Assembly: GCA_963835905.1 (NCBI GenBank)
Contig: CAWIHG010000001.1
Location: 163,049-227,048, forward strand
Direction of reading: 5' to 3'
DNA length: 64,000 bases
From: an uncultured delta proteobacterium
GTDB taxonomy: Bacteria > Desulfobacterota > Binatia > Binatales > Binataceae
This document shows, piece after piece, positions 28,617 through 38,263 of the stretch; position 1 is the first letter of the stretch, and each line of letters starts with the position of its first letter. The notes under the pieces are model-generated. The model saw only the letters and a program-made list of their open reading frames with translations. It was not told the DNA's origin and searched no databases. Made by a program: the position numbers and the translations under genes.

Positions 28617-28870
28617 CTCAGAGGATCTCCGCCTCGACCGCAGCCGCTGCGCCGATTGATCCGCACCGCCAGCCAACAACTTGCAGGTCAGTCACAATAA
28701 CTCTTCAAACTTTGCCGGGAAGCAACGACCCGAGGAATCCGCCCGCGCGGCCCCGGCGCAAGATGCGTCCGAGCGTAGGAATAAGTGTAGATGGCGGATT
28801 CGGCCGAGTAAAGCTGACTCAGGCCGCCGGCTGTATTCCTGGCGATCTCTCGCGCCGCTATACTCGCGCC

Positions 28871-29473
28871 GTGGACACGAATTCGCGGTCCCGTGGCTCC
28901 ACGATATCGGGATGGTTGCCGTGGGTAATTTACTTCCCGCTGGCCAATGTCGGCTGGCCGCATACGGCCGCGCTGGCAGCGTTCGCGACGATCGCGATCT
29001 TCACCGTCGTTCCCGCCATTCGAGGCGCGCGGGTCAAGCTGATCGACTGGACCACGCTCGGATTCTTCACTCTCGCTGTGATTTCGGCGCTGGCGGGTGG
29101 CGCCGCGGCGAATGCGTTCAAGGACTGGAGCATGGTCCTGGTATGGCTGATGTTCGCGGCGGTGGCGTGGACCTCGATTGCGCTCGGCGCTCCGTTCACT
29201 TTGCAGTACGCGCGTGAAACCACGCCCCCCGAAAGCTGGACGACGCCGCAGTTCCTGGCCCTCAACCGGTTCATGAGCCTCGTTTGGGCGGGGCTCTTCT
29301 CCGTTAACCTGGCAATCGTCCTCTCTTTGACGGGCGCGCGCGGCGCGCTGCGGTGGGTGGCGATCGGCGTGCCGATGGCGCTGGTGGTGGGCGGATTCAT
29401 CTTCACCGCCCGTTACTCCGCGGCGGTCAGGCGCCGCGCGCAGACCGCGCCCGCGCAGAGTTCCGCGCACTGA
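28871..29473 (+). CDS. hypothetical integral membrane protein (about 200 aa)
   Basis: 5-6 hydrophobic segments. Start uncertain (GTG 28871 proposed). The upstream part of the track ORF looks non-coding. Confidence 0.5.
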   Translation: MDTNSRSRGSTISGWLPWVIYFPLANVGWPHTAALAAFATIAIFTVVPAIRGARVKLIDWTTLGFFTLAVISALAGGAAANAFKDWSMVLVWLMFAAVAWTSIALGAPFTLQYARETTPPESWTTPQFLALNRFMSLVWAGLFSVNLAIVLSLTGARGALRWVAIGVPMALVVGGFIFTARYSAAVRRRAQTAPAQSSAH

Positions 29474-29500
29474 GGAGGTCGCACGCGGCTCAACCGCTCC

Positions 29501-30496
29501 TCACGCGACTTTGGGCAGCACCTGATCGGTGAACAAAACGAACGACTGATGGCTGAGCGGCGCGCACATCAGGTAGTCGAGCAGCATCTCTTCGCGCAGG
29601 CGTGCCAGCTCATCCACCACGGCATCGGGGGTACCGTAGATGATGACGCCGTTCATGTAACGCTCGGCGGGATCGGGTGGCTGCGACGGATTGCCGGTGA
29701 CGCCCATGCGGGGCTGATTGGCCGGCTTCGCATACGAGCCAACCAGCCATCGCGCGCCGCGCCGGGCCGTGTCCTCGGCCTCGCGTGCGGTCGGCGCGAT
29801 CGCGATAAACCGCGCCATCGGGATCTCCCGCCCCGCAAAGGAGTAGCCCGCCGCCTCCAGGCGCTCGCGGTACAGCCGCCGCTTGCGCGCGATCTCGTCG
29901 TGCGGCGAGTGCGGGTCCATCATGATCGTGAACCCGCGCGCCGCCGCGCGTTCGACCGCCTGCTCAGACGACGACGCCATCCAGACCGGCGGATGAGGCC
30001 GCTGATGCGGTTTGGGCAGCACCTCGATATCCTCGAAATGGAAAAACTGGCCGCTGTGGTTGAGGCGCTCGGAGGTCCATGCCTTGAGCACGACCTCGAC
30101 CGCCTCCTGCATCCGGACCGCGCTTTCTTCCACGGAAACGCCAAAGGCGCGGAACTCGGTCGGGTCGAAACCGCGGCCCGCACCCCAATTGACCCGTCCG
30201 CCCGAGAGCACGTCGAGCAGAGCGACTTCCTCGGCCAGGCGCAGCGGATGATAGAATGCGGCGAGCGAGACCGCGGTGCCGATTCGCAGCCGGCGCGTGC
30301 GCGAGGCCACCTGCACACCCATCATGTGCACTGACGGGCATACGCTGAACGAGTGAAAGTGATGCTCGGCCAGCCAGACCGCGTCGTAGCCGCCGCGCTC
30401 CATGATCTCGATACGCTGCAGCGCGCGCTCGTAGACCGTCTCGAGCGCCACGCGGCGCTCGGGCCAACTGAAGAACTGGAGCACGCCTGCCTTCAT
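29501..30496 (-). CDS. LLM-class (luciferase-like) flavin-dependent oxidoreductase
   Basis: MKAGVLQFFSWPE...YDAVWLAEHHF typical LLM N-terminus. Start re-picked at the Met at 30496. Confidence 0.85.
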   Translation of the reverse strand: MKAGVLQFFSWPERRVALETVYERALQRIEIMERGGYDAVWLAEHHFHSFSVCPSVHMMGVQVASRTRRLRIGTAVSLAAFYHPLRLAEEVALLDVLSGGRVNWGAGRGFDPTEFRAFGVSVEESAVRMQEAVEVVLKAWTSERLNHSGQFFHFEDIEVLPKPHQRPHPPVWMASSSEQAVERAAARGFTIMMDPHSPHDEIARKRRLYRERLEAAGYSFAGREIPMARFIAIAPTAREAEDTARRGARWLVGSYAKPANQPRMGVTGNPSQPPDPAERYMNGVIIYGTPDAVVDELARLREEMLLDYLMCAPLSHQSFVLFTDQVLPKVA

Positions 30497-30732
30497 CTCA
30501 AATCCCCGGCGCGCCATGCGCGGGTGGGAATGCCGGAGCAATAGCACGCCGGAAGCGCCGGGCCAACGCGCCACCTCCCCTGCTGACCGGTAGAAGTGGA
30601 TTGCAGTCATCCAACTCCGTAAGCTCTCTGTAGCCGGCAGGAATCCCATGAACGCCGCGCCGCCGCTTGCGGCGCCGGCGGCGCGGCCGCTCTCGCGCGC
30701 CGGCAGGCAACATCAAGCGAGGTTTCCAGACG

Positions 30733-32019
30733 ATGGGACGCAACGGAAATTCGCAAGACACTCTCGCTATCCTGGTCGGGGGCGGCCCCGCGCCGGGAAT
30801 CAACGGCGTGATCGCATCCGCCGCGATCGAGGCGATCAACTGCGGTCTGCGCGTGATCGGCCTGCGCGACGGCTACAAGTGGCTGTGCCGCGGAGACGCG
30901 TCGCAGGCCGTCGAGCTGAAAATCGGGGACGTCAGCCGAATCCACGTCAACGGAGGATCGGTGCTGCGCACCTCGCGCACCAATCCCGCGCGCGACGAGA
31001 CCAGTCTGGAAAATGCGGTGCGCACCCTCCAGGCGCTCCGGGTCCGCTACCTGCTTTGCATCGGGGGCGACGACACCACCTTTGGCGCCGCCAAAATCGC
31101 CGAGCGGACGCAGGGCCAGATCAGCGTGGTTTCGGTTCCGAAAACGATCGACAACGACCTGCCGCTGCCCGAAAACGCTCCGACCTTCGGCTTCGAGACC
31201 GCGCGCGCCGTAGGCGCCACCATTATCGAATCCCTGATGGAGGACGCGCGCTCGACCGGCCGCTGGTATCTCGCGATTTCGATGGGGCGCAAGTCGGGCT
31301 CACTGGCGCTCAGCATGTGCAAGTCGGCCGGCGCAACGCTCGCGGTGATTCCCGAGGAGTTCCGAGCCGGCATATTCGACCTGTCGCTGGTGGTGGACAC
31401 GATTGTGGGAGCGATAATCAAGCGCCGCGCCCAGGGACACGACAACGGCGTCGCCGTGATCGCTGAAGGTATCGCCGAACGGCTCGATCCCGAAACCCTG
31501 CCGGCCATCGAGGGTTCCACTCGCGACGCTTACGGCCACCTGCATATCGCCGACATTCCGCTGGGTGCCGTGGTGCGCAATCGAGTGCGCGAAGCGCTCA
31601 AGAAACTCAATATCGAGGCGACCGTGGTCGCCAAGGACATCGGCTACGAGCTGCGCTGCGCCAAGCCGGTGCCGTTCGACACCGATTACACGCGCACGCT
31701 GGGTTACGGCGCGGTGCGCTACCTGCTGAGCGGCGGCTCCGGCGCACTCATCGCGATTGCCGGCGGCCGCGTGACGCCGATCGAGCTCAAGGAACTGATC
31801 GATCCCGCCACCGGCCGAATCCGGATCAGGGTCGTAGATGTATCGACCGAGTCTTACCAGGTCGCGCGCTCATACATGATTCGGCTCGAGCCCCCCGACC
31901 TCGAGGAGCCTGATCTTTCGCAAATCGCCGCCATCGCGAATCTCCCCGCCCACGAATTCAAGGTGCGGTTTGGCGCCGCGGTGGAGGCGACCAACTGCGA
32001 GCGCCCTCCCCTTGGCTGA
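30733..32019 (+). CDS. pfp: phosphofructokinase, PPi-dependent signature
   Basis: GGGPAPGINGVI. GGDDT (Asp rather than Gly) and PKTIDND (Lys rather than Gly) signatures. Start re-picked at MGRNGNS. Confidence 0.8.
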   Translation: MGRNGNSQDTLAILVGGGPAPGINGVIASAAIEAINCGLRVIGLRDGYKWLCRGDASQAVELKIGDVSRIHVNGGSVLRTSRTNPARDETSLENAVRTLQALRVRYLLCIGGDDTTFGAAKIAERTQGQISVVSVPKTIDNDLPLPENAPTFGFETARAVGATIIESLMEDARSTGRWYLAISMGRKSGSLALSMCKSAGATLAVIPEEFRAGIFDLSLVVDTIVGAIIKRRAQGHDNGVAVIAEGIAERLDPETLPAIEGSTRDAYGHLHIADIPLGAVVRNRVREALKKLNIEATVVAKDIGYELRCAKPVPFDTDYTRTLGYGAVRYLLSGGSGALIAIAGGRVTPIELKELIDPATGRIRIRVVDVSTESYQVARSYMIRLEPPDLEEPDLSQIAAIANLPAHEFKVRFGAAVEATNCERPPLG

Positions 32020-32132
32020 ACCGTCGCACGCCGTGCCGTTCGGGCGCAGGCGTGATATCAGTTCTGGTTCATCGGAAGTTCGGCGGCGACGTGCTGATGC
32101 GCGCCGCAATCGGGCAAAAGGAGCGAAGGGCT

Positions 32133-32564
32133 ATGAGCGACCAGCAGATTGGAGCACCTCAACCCGGGCGGCGCGGCGCGTTTCTGACCGCGATGGCGAT
32201 ACTGCTCGGGATTCTTGCGCTCTCGGACGCGACCAAGGCGCTGCAGCGGATGCAGGGGCCGACGGGTGGCTTGGTAATCCTCGGCAACAAAATCGAAAGC
32301 ATCGCGCTCAACGCGGTGGCCGGGCCGCTATTCGCGATATTACTGGCGACCTACGTGTACGGGATCTGGAAGATGAAACGATGGGTGCTGCCGATCGCCA
32401 CCGTGTATGCGTTCTATGTGCCGGTGAACCTGGTCCTATTCTGGTTTCTGCACCTGACGCCGCGTCCCACGGTCGGATTCATCGTGGTTTACCTTTTTCT
32501 CGCATTGACCGGTTCGGTCGGCACCGCGCTCTATCTGAATCGCCATCACGACCGGCTGGCGTGA
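32133..32564 (+). CDS. hypothetical membrane protein (4 TM)
   Basis: AAGGAG RBS before MSDQQIGAP. Four hydrophobic helices. Confidence 0.6.
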   Translation: MSDQQIGAPQPGRRGAFLTAMAILLGILALSDATKALQRMQGPTGGLVILGNKIESIALNAVAGPLFAILLATYVYGIWKMKRWVLPIATVYAFYVPVNLVLFWFLHLTPRPTVGFIVVYLFLALTGSVGTALYLNRHHDRLA

Positions 32565-32639
32565 CGGCGATGTGCCGGCGGATCGATCGCACGGTGTCAC
32601 CCATAACCTGACTGGAAAGAAGGAAGTGAGGACTACGTC

Positions 32640-33665
32640 ATGGCCGAGCTGAAGAACCGTCAATGGCTGCTCGCGGCGCGTCCGCACGGCCTGATCAAGG
32701 AATCCGACTTCAAGTGGAACGAGACCGCGACGGCGCCTCTCAAGGACGGCGAGGTCCTGGTCCGCAATCTCGCCTTCTCCTTTGACCCCACCCAGCGCGG
32801 ATGGATGTCGTTCGACACCTATATGCCCGCCATCCCGCTGGGCCACGTGATGCTGGCGGGAACCGTCGCCCAGGTCGTGGAATCCAAACGCGAGGGTTTC
32901 GCCAAGGGCGACCTGGTGCAGGGACTGTTCGGATGGGAGGACTACACGGTCACCGCGGGCGGCGGCCTGATGGGTCTGCAGAAGCTGCTGGCCGGAACCG
33001 ACCCGATCCTCGCGCTGTCGCTGCTGGGCACCACCGGGCTTACCGCGTACTTCGGCACACTCTCGGTGGGGCAGGCGAAAGCGGGCGAGACGTTCGTGGT
33101 GTCAGGCGCGGCGGGGGCGACCGGCTCGGTGGCCGGGATGATCGCGAAGGTCAAAGGATGCCGCACGGTCGGAATTGCGGGCGGTCCGGAAAAGTGCGGA
33201 TGGCTGGTAAAGGAAGCGGGCTTCGACGCCGCGATCGATTACAAGCATGAGGACGTGGGCAAGGCGCTCGCGCAGCACTGTCCAAAGGGAATCGACGTCT
33301 ATTTCGACAACGTCGGCGGCGAGATCCTCGACCTCGCCCTGGCGCGGATCGCGGATCGCGCTCGAGTGGTGCTGTGCGGCGCGATTTCGCAATACAACTC
33401 ACCGCAGGGTGTGTTCGGGGGAGGACCAAAAAACTACTTTAACCTGATTTTCCACGGCGCACGGATGGAAGGTTTCTTGGTTTTTCATTTCCTCAAGCAC
33501 TTCCCGGAGGCGATAGCCGATCTCACCAAATGGTACGGCGAGGGCAAGCTCAAGAACCAGGTCGATCTGCAGCACGGGCTGGAGAATGCGCCCAAGACGA
33601 TCATCCGGCTCTTCACCGGCGCCAACTTCGGCAAGCAGTTGCTCAAGCTGGCCGAACCCGCGTAG
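32640..33665 (+). CDS. NADP-dependent oxidoreductase, MDR family (YncB/CurA / alkenal reductase-like)
   Basis: VSGAAGATGSVAGMIAK nucleotide motif and overall MDR layout without zinc ligands. Confidence 0.8.
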   Translation: MAELKNRQWLLAARPHGLIKESDFKWNETATAPLKDGEVLVRNLAFSFDPTQRGWMSFDTYMPAIPLGHVMLAGTVAQVVESKREGFAKGDLVQGLFGWEDYTVTAGGGLMGLQKLLAGTDPILALSLLGTTGLTAYFGTLSVGQAKAGETFVVSGAAGATGSVAGMIAKVKGCRTVGIAGGPEKCGWLVKEAGFDAAIDYKHEDVGKALAQHCPKGIDVYFDNVGGEILDLALARIADRARVVLCGAISQYNSPQGVFGGGPKNYFNLIFHGARMEGFLVFHFLKHFPEAIADLTKWYGEGKLKNQVDLQHGLENAPKTIIRLFTGANFGKQLLKLAEPA

Positions 33666-33719
33666 GGGACGGCACCAAGCGGCCGATTGCGCGCGACGGC
33701 GCGATGATCGGCGCGAGCG

Positions 33720-34103
33720 CTAGCGCGCGTAGATCCCGAGCCAGCGGCGGCGATCTTCGACGATCGGGCGGCGGCTCTTGAGCAGCGCGTACGCTTGGTC
33801 CAGCGTCATCCCGCGCCGCGCGCGCAAAAACCATGCGACCACCAGCGGCGCGCGCTCGCATCCTTCCTCGCAATGCACCAACACGCGCTCGCCGCGCGCG
33901 AGCGCCGCGTCGATCAGCTCCGCGGTCTCCTCCATCGAGTCGCGCCCGCGCGCGAGAAACGGCATGTGGACCGCGTCTGGAGGCTCGACCTCCGGGAGGT
34001 CGGGCAGGACGCTGATCACCACGCCCTGGAAACGCTGCGCATCCTGAAGATCGCCGACGAACAGGCCCGCGATTATCTCGCTCTCACCCCATGGCTCAGC
34101 CAC
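33720..34103 (-). CDS. small dual-specificity/Cys-based phosphatase-like protein (HCX5R)
   Basis: VLVHCEEGCERAP P-loop (C-x5-R). 127 aa. 22 nt after the preceding gene. Confidence 0.65.
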   Translation of the reverse strand: MAEPWGESEIIAGLFVGDLQDAQRFQGVVISVLPDLPEVEPPDAVHMPFLARGRDSMEETAELIDAALARGERVLVHCEEGCERAPLVVAWFLRARRGMTLDQAYALLKSRRPIVEDRRRWLGIYAR

Positions 34104-34125
34104 GCACGACCCCCGCGCCTTCGGC

Positions 34126-34482
34126 CTAGCGCGTCATCCACTTGGGATTGTTGATCGCAAGCGCGTCGCCGAGCACCTGCCTGATGTGCGCGCGCAGGGC
34201 GGGATCGTCGCTCGACACCGCACCCGACTGGATTTTGTCCGCCAGCTCGCGGCTCAGTTCCTCGACCTCGCCTGAGTGCCCGAGGATTTCGCCAAGGCGC
34301 TCGCGCTCGGCGGCGGCCTGCCCCTGGCGCATCGCGAGTTCGCGCTTGATCATCGCGAGCACGTTGATCGTGACGCGGGTCTTGAAGCGATGATATCCCT
34401 CCAGGGTCGGCAGCAATTCGTCCTCCATGTACTTGATTGCGGCGCCAAGCATGGTGACCGAATCGGGGAAACTGTTCGGCAT
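34126..34482 (-). CDS. small helical protein, LvaB-position homologue (possibly DUF6285 family)
   Basis: 118 aa, 2-nt gap after the kinase gene. The family name is from memory and unverified. Confidence 0.6.
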   Translation of the reverse strand: MPNSFPDSVTMLGAAIKYMEDELLPTLEGYHRFKTRVTINVLAMIKRELAMRQGQAAAERERLGEILGHSGEVEELSRELADKIQSGAVSSDDPALRAHIRQVLGDALAINNPKWMTR

Positions 34483-34484
34483 CG

Positions 34485-35492
34485 CTAGTCCCTACCCTCG
34501 ATCAGATTAACAAAATCCCACAGCGGCTCTTCGATTCGCCGCCCGATCGCGCATCGCTCGACGTTGTTTTCCTCGACCCCGCGGGTGCCCAGCGACAGGC
34601 ATCCCGCCGCCCACTTGACGCTGCCCCACGCCTCCCAGAAGCGCACCGCGTCTCGATCGACCGGCTCGCCGCTGGCGCGCTCGTAGGCGGCGAACAGATC
34701 CTCACGCGTGCCGAAACCGCCGACCGGAAACCTGCCGCCGAAGCGCCAGGTCTTGACGCACAGCCATCCAAGATCCTGCATCGGGTCGCCGGCCTGCGCG
34801 ATTTCCCAATCAAGCACGAGACGGATTCCCTCTTCGCCGACGATCAGATTGCCGGCGCGAAAGTCGCCGTGCACGACGGTGCAGCGCGGATTGCGTGGCG
34901 CATGCTCGGCGGCCCATTTAAGCCCGAATTCCAGCGCCGGATGGCGAAAGCCCATGTAGTCGATAAGCTTGCGATACGCCGCGACATGCGCGGGCGCGTC
35001 GAGCACCTTCAGGAACGGCGCCTGTTCGAGCGGGACGCGATGGATCGCAGCGAGGATTTCGCCGCACTGCCGCGCCATCTTCTTGCGCGCGTCGGCAAAC
35101 CGATCCTCGCGCAATAGGCGCGGAACCAGCGTCTCTCCCTCGACCCGCTCGGTGACGTAGCCGGCGCCGAGCCCGTCGGCGTCGTCGAAGATTGCGCGTA
35201 CGATCGGCGCGGGAACGCCGCCCTTTACCGCGGCGATCATCACGCGCGCGTCCTGCTCGGCCTCCAGATGCGGCGTCAGGTCGGCGATTTCCTGGGGCAC
35301 CGGCGTGGCTCGCACGCTCGAGAGTTGCAGGATAAACGGGCATCGCGCGCCGCCGATATCGGCGTCGAACGACCAGGTGGTTTTGTTCGCGCCGCCGGTG
35401 AGCTGCTTGAGATCGTGAATCGTGCCCGGGCGCCCGATATGGCGGGCGGCGGCGCGCTCGAGCCGCGCCGCAAAATCGGCGCCGCTCAACAC
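34485..35492 (-). CDS. APH-type phosphotransferase (LvaA / ACAD10-11 kinase-domain-like)
   Basis: Kinase motifs VVHGDFRAGNLIV and LVLDWE. Start re-picked at GTG 35492 (GGAGG upstream), overlapping the ACAD stop (GTGTTGA). Confidence 0.75.
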   Translation of the reverse strand: MLSGADFAARLERAAARHIGRPGTIHDLKQLTGGANKTTWSFDADIGGARCPFILQLSSVRATPVPQEIADLTPHLEAEQDARVMIAAVKGGVPAPIVRAIFDDADGLGAGYVTERVEGETLVPRLLREDRFADARKKMARQCGEILAAIHRVPLEQAPFLKVLDAPAHVAAYRKLIDYMGFRHPALEFGLKWAAEHAPRNPRCTVVHGDFRAGNLIVGEEGIRLVLDWEIAQAGDPMQDLGWLCVKTWRFGGRFPVGGFGTREDLFAAYERASGEPVDRDAVRFWEAWGSVKWAAGCLSLGTRGVEENNVERCAIGRRIEEPLWDFVNLIEGRD

Positions 35493-36766
35493 TGGGCCTC
35501 CGACTTGCGGCGGCTGCTGGTGATCCCGAACAAAATCTGCGCGACGCGCCGCATCTGGATTTCCTCGGAGCCCTCCGTGATGCGGTAGCGGCGATGATGG
35601 CGGTAGATGTGCTCGAAGGGCTTGTGTCGCGAATAACCGATCGCGCCATGCACCTGGATCGCGCGGTCCGCCGCCTGGCAAACCAGCCGGTTCGCCCGGT
35701 AATTGCACATCGCGACCTTGTCCGAGAGCTTGAGCGCGACCTCCGGCTTCGACATTTGATCCATTTGCCACGCGGTCTTGTAGATCAGATTGCGCAGCAT
35801 TTCGGCTTCGGTGTGCAGCTCGACCAGCGGCCATTGGATCGCCTGGTTGGCCGACAGCGCCTTGCCGAACGGCTTGCGCACGTTGGCGTACTTTACGCTC
35901 TCGTTGATGCAGAATTGCGCCGCGCCGAGCGATGATGCCGCCTGCCGGATGCGATTCTCATGCACGAAGTGCTGCGCCACCGCCAGCCCGTTTTCGAAAT
36001 CACCGAGGTAGGAATCCGCCGGCACGTACAGGTTGTTAATCGACACGCGCGGATGGTCGGTCGGCATGTTGAAGGTCCACAGGTACTCTTCGATCTTGAA
36101 GCCGTCGCTCTTGGTCGGCGCGATGAAGCAGGTGATTCCCCGCGCGTCGCCGCCGCGACCACTGGTGCGCGCGAAAATGAAATCGTGCGTCGCGACGTGC
36201 AGACCCGTGTTCCACATCTTGGCGCCCGTGATGCGGTAGCCGTCGCCGTCGCGCTCGGCGTGGGTATCCATCCAGGTCGCATCGGAGCCGTGCCCCGGCT
36301 CGGTCAAGCCGAACGCGATCCGGATCGAGCCGTCGAGCATTCCCGGGATGAACTTCTCTTTCTGTTCCTTGGTGCCGAAGTCGCGCAGCATCAGGACCGT
36401 GGGCAGGTTGCCGACGATCGAGCTTTCGTTCTGCAGGTCGCAGTGAAGTCCCAGGCCCTTGGCGGCCAGGTATTCGCGGATTATCGCCATCCCGAGATTG
36501 GTGCCGTCCTTGCCGCCGTATTCTTTGGGCAGCCCGTAGCGGTAATGGCCCGCCTTGTCGGCGCGCCGGCGCATCTCGCCGAGCAGTTCCTCCCATTCCT
36601 TGCGCGGCAGGCCGCCGCCCTCGAAGTCGGTGCGCGCCCATTCGCGGCGATGATCGAAGAAGCGGATGTTGTCGTTGGATTGCTCGAGCGGCTTGATTTC
36701 CTTCTCGATGAAAGCGTCGAGTTCCTTGAGATAGGCTTGAATGTCGGCGGGAATGTTGAAATCCAC
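35486..36766 (-). CDS. acyl-CoA dehydrogenase family protein, ACAD10/ACAD11 (FadE2)-like
   Basis: FGLTEPGHGSDAT and YRITGAKMWNTG motifs. Start re-picked at GTG 36766 (CAGGAG upstream). Confidence 0.8.
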   Translation of the reverse strand: MDFNIPADIQAYLKELDAFIEKEIKPLEQSNDNIRFFDHRREWARTDFEGGGLPRKEWEELLGEMRRRADKAGHYRYGLPKEYGGKDGTNLGMAIIREYLAAKGLGLHCDLQNESSIVGNLPTVLMLRDFGTKEQKEKFIPGMLDGSIRIAFGLTEPGHGSDATWMDTHAERDGDGYRITGAKMWNTGLHVATHDFIFARTSGRGGDARGITCFIAPTKSDGFKIEEYLWTFNMPTDHPRVSINNLYVPADSYLGDFENGLAVAQHFVHENRIRQAASSLGAAQFCINESVKYANVRKPFGKALSANQAIQWPLVELHTEAEMLRNLIYKTAWQMDQMSKPEVALKLSDKVAMCNYRANRLVCQAADRAIQVHGAIGYSRHKPFEHIYRHHRRYRITEGSEEIQMRRVAQILFGITSSRRKSEAQC

Positions 36767-36880
36767 GGCTATGCTCCTGTTGCAGATGCTACCTTGGTGG
36801 CGTTTAGCAAAGACCGCTATCGAACGGAAGCGAAAGCGGAGCGCCAATTAAACGCTCGGTATGGCTGGATCGCGCCGCGC

Positions 36881-38086
36881 TCAGCCCTTGGGCAGGTGCA
36901 GAACGCGCTCGCCGATGATGTTGTGCTGAATCTGGTTGGTACCACCCGCGATCGTGTGCTCGCGCGCGTCGAGCAGGCCGTGCAGCCATCGCGCGGCAAC
37001 ACCCGCATCGCCGCCCTCGACGCCGCCCCACGGGCCAAGGATTTCATTTGCGAACATCATCACTCGCAAATTCAATTCGCTTGACGCAAGCTTCGCGAAC
37101 GAGCCCTCCGGTCCGGGCGCTTTGCCCCTGAGATTGCGGGTTAGGGTGCGATAGCGCGACAGTCGCAGGCATTGCGCCTCGGTCGCGAACTCGGCGATTC
37201 TCTGGCGGACGTAGGGATGCTCACAGGCGGGCATGCCGCCGAATTTGATCTCCCGGGTCAGTGCGATTAGCTCGCCCACGGTGCGTTCAATCGGCTGACG
37301 GGTTCCGGCCGAAGTCCGCTGATACATCATCGTGGCGATCGACACTTCCCATCCACGGTTGAACTGGCCGACCAGGTTCTCGGCCGGCACCCGCACGTTG
37401 TCATAGAAGACTTCGTAGAAACCGACCTCGCCCGTTATCTGCCGGAGCGGCCGCACCTCGATTCCGGGGCTGCGCATATCGACCAGCAGGTATGACAGTC
37501 CCCTGTGCTTTTCGGCCGCCGGGTCGGTGCGCACCAGCAGCACCTGCCACTGGGCGCGATTGGCGATGCTGGTCCATACCTTCTGGCCGTTGATGACGAA
37601 GGAATCGCCGTCGAGCACGGCGTGTGTGGTGAGACCGGCAAGGTCGGAGCCGGCATTGGGTTCCGAGTAACCCTGGCACCAGAACTCCTCGCCGGTGAGC
37701 ATCTTGGGGAGAAACCGCGCTTTCTGCCGCTCCGTGCCCATCAGGATCAGCGTGGGCCCGATGCGATCGATCGCAAGGGGATTTGCGCCATAAAGCGGCA
37801 GGCCCAGCCGCAGCACCTCTTCCTGGTAGATCGCCTGCTCGACCAGCGTTGCTCCTGCGCCGCCCCACTCCCTGGGCCAGTGCAGTGCGGCATAGCCCGC
37901 GGCGTAAAGCCGGCGATGGTATTCCACCAGCAGCGCCCAGCGAGCGTCATCGCGCGTGTACAGCATCCGCTCGACGGATTCGGGCGGCATGCCGCCGCGG
38001 ACGAAGATGTCGCGATAGTTGTGCTCGAGCCAGGAGCGCAATCGCGCGCGGTATTGCTCCTCTTCGCTCGTGAAGCCGAAGTCCAT
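36881..38086 (-). CDS. acyl-CoA dehydrogenase
   Basis: QGYSEPNAGSDLAG and FVINGQKVWTS motifs. Start at MDFGFTSEEEQ. Confidence 0.85.
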   Translation of the reverse strand: MDFGFTSEEEQYRARLRSWLEHNYRDIFVRGGMPPESVERMLYTRDDARWALLVEYHRRLYAAGYAALHWPREWGGAGATLVEQAIYQEEVLRLGLPLYGANPLAIDRIGPTLILMGTERQKARFLPKMLTGEEFWCQGYSEPNAGSDLAGLTTHAVLDGDSFVINGQKVWTSIANRAQWQVLLVRTDPAAEKHRGLSYLLVDMRSPGIEVRPLRQITGEVGFYEVFYDNVRVPAENLVGQFNRGWEVSIATMMYQRTSAGTRQPIERTVGELIALTREIKFGGMPACEHPYVRQRIAEFATEAQCLRLSRYRTLTRNLRGKAPGPEGSFAKLASSELNLRVMMFANEILGPWGGVEGGDAGVAARWLHGLLDAREHTIAGGTNQIQHNIIGERVLHLPKG

Positions 38087-38263
38087 CGAGGCGCAGATAA
38101 GCAATTCTCACGCCGCCGCGAGCGGTCGACCGGCGCGCCGCGCCGGCTCGATCTACGCCCGCGATGTGTCCGTCGGCGCCAGCCGCATGTCGCCTTCGGC
38201 GACGGTTAACCGGGCTTGTGGCGAACTTCCCCGCGCGCGGATGGTCCGCGCGGTGCCAAAGCG

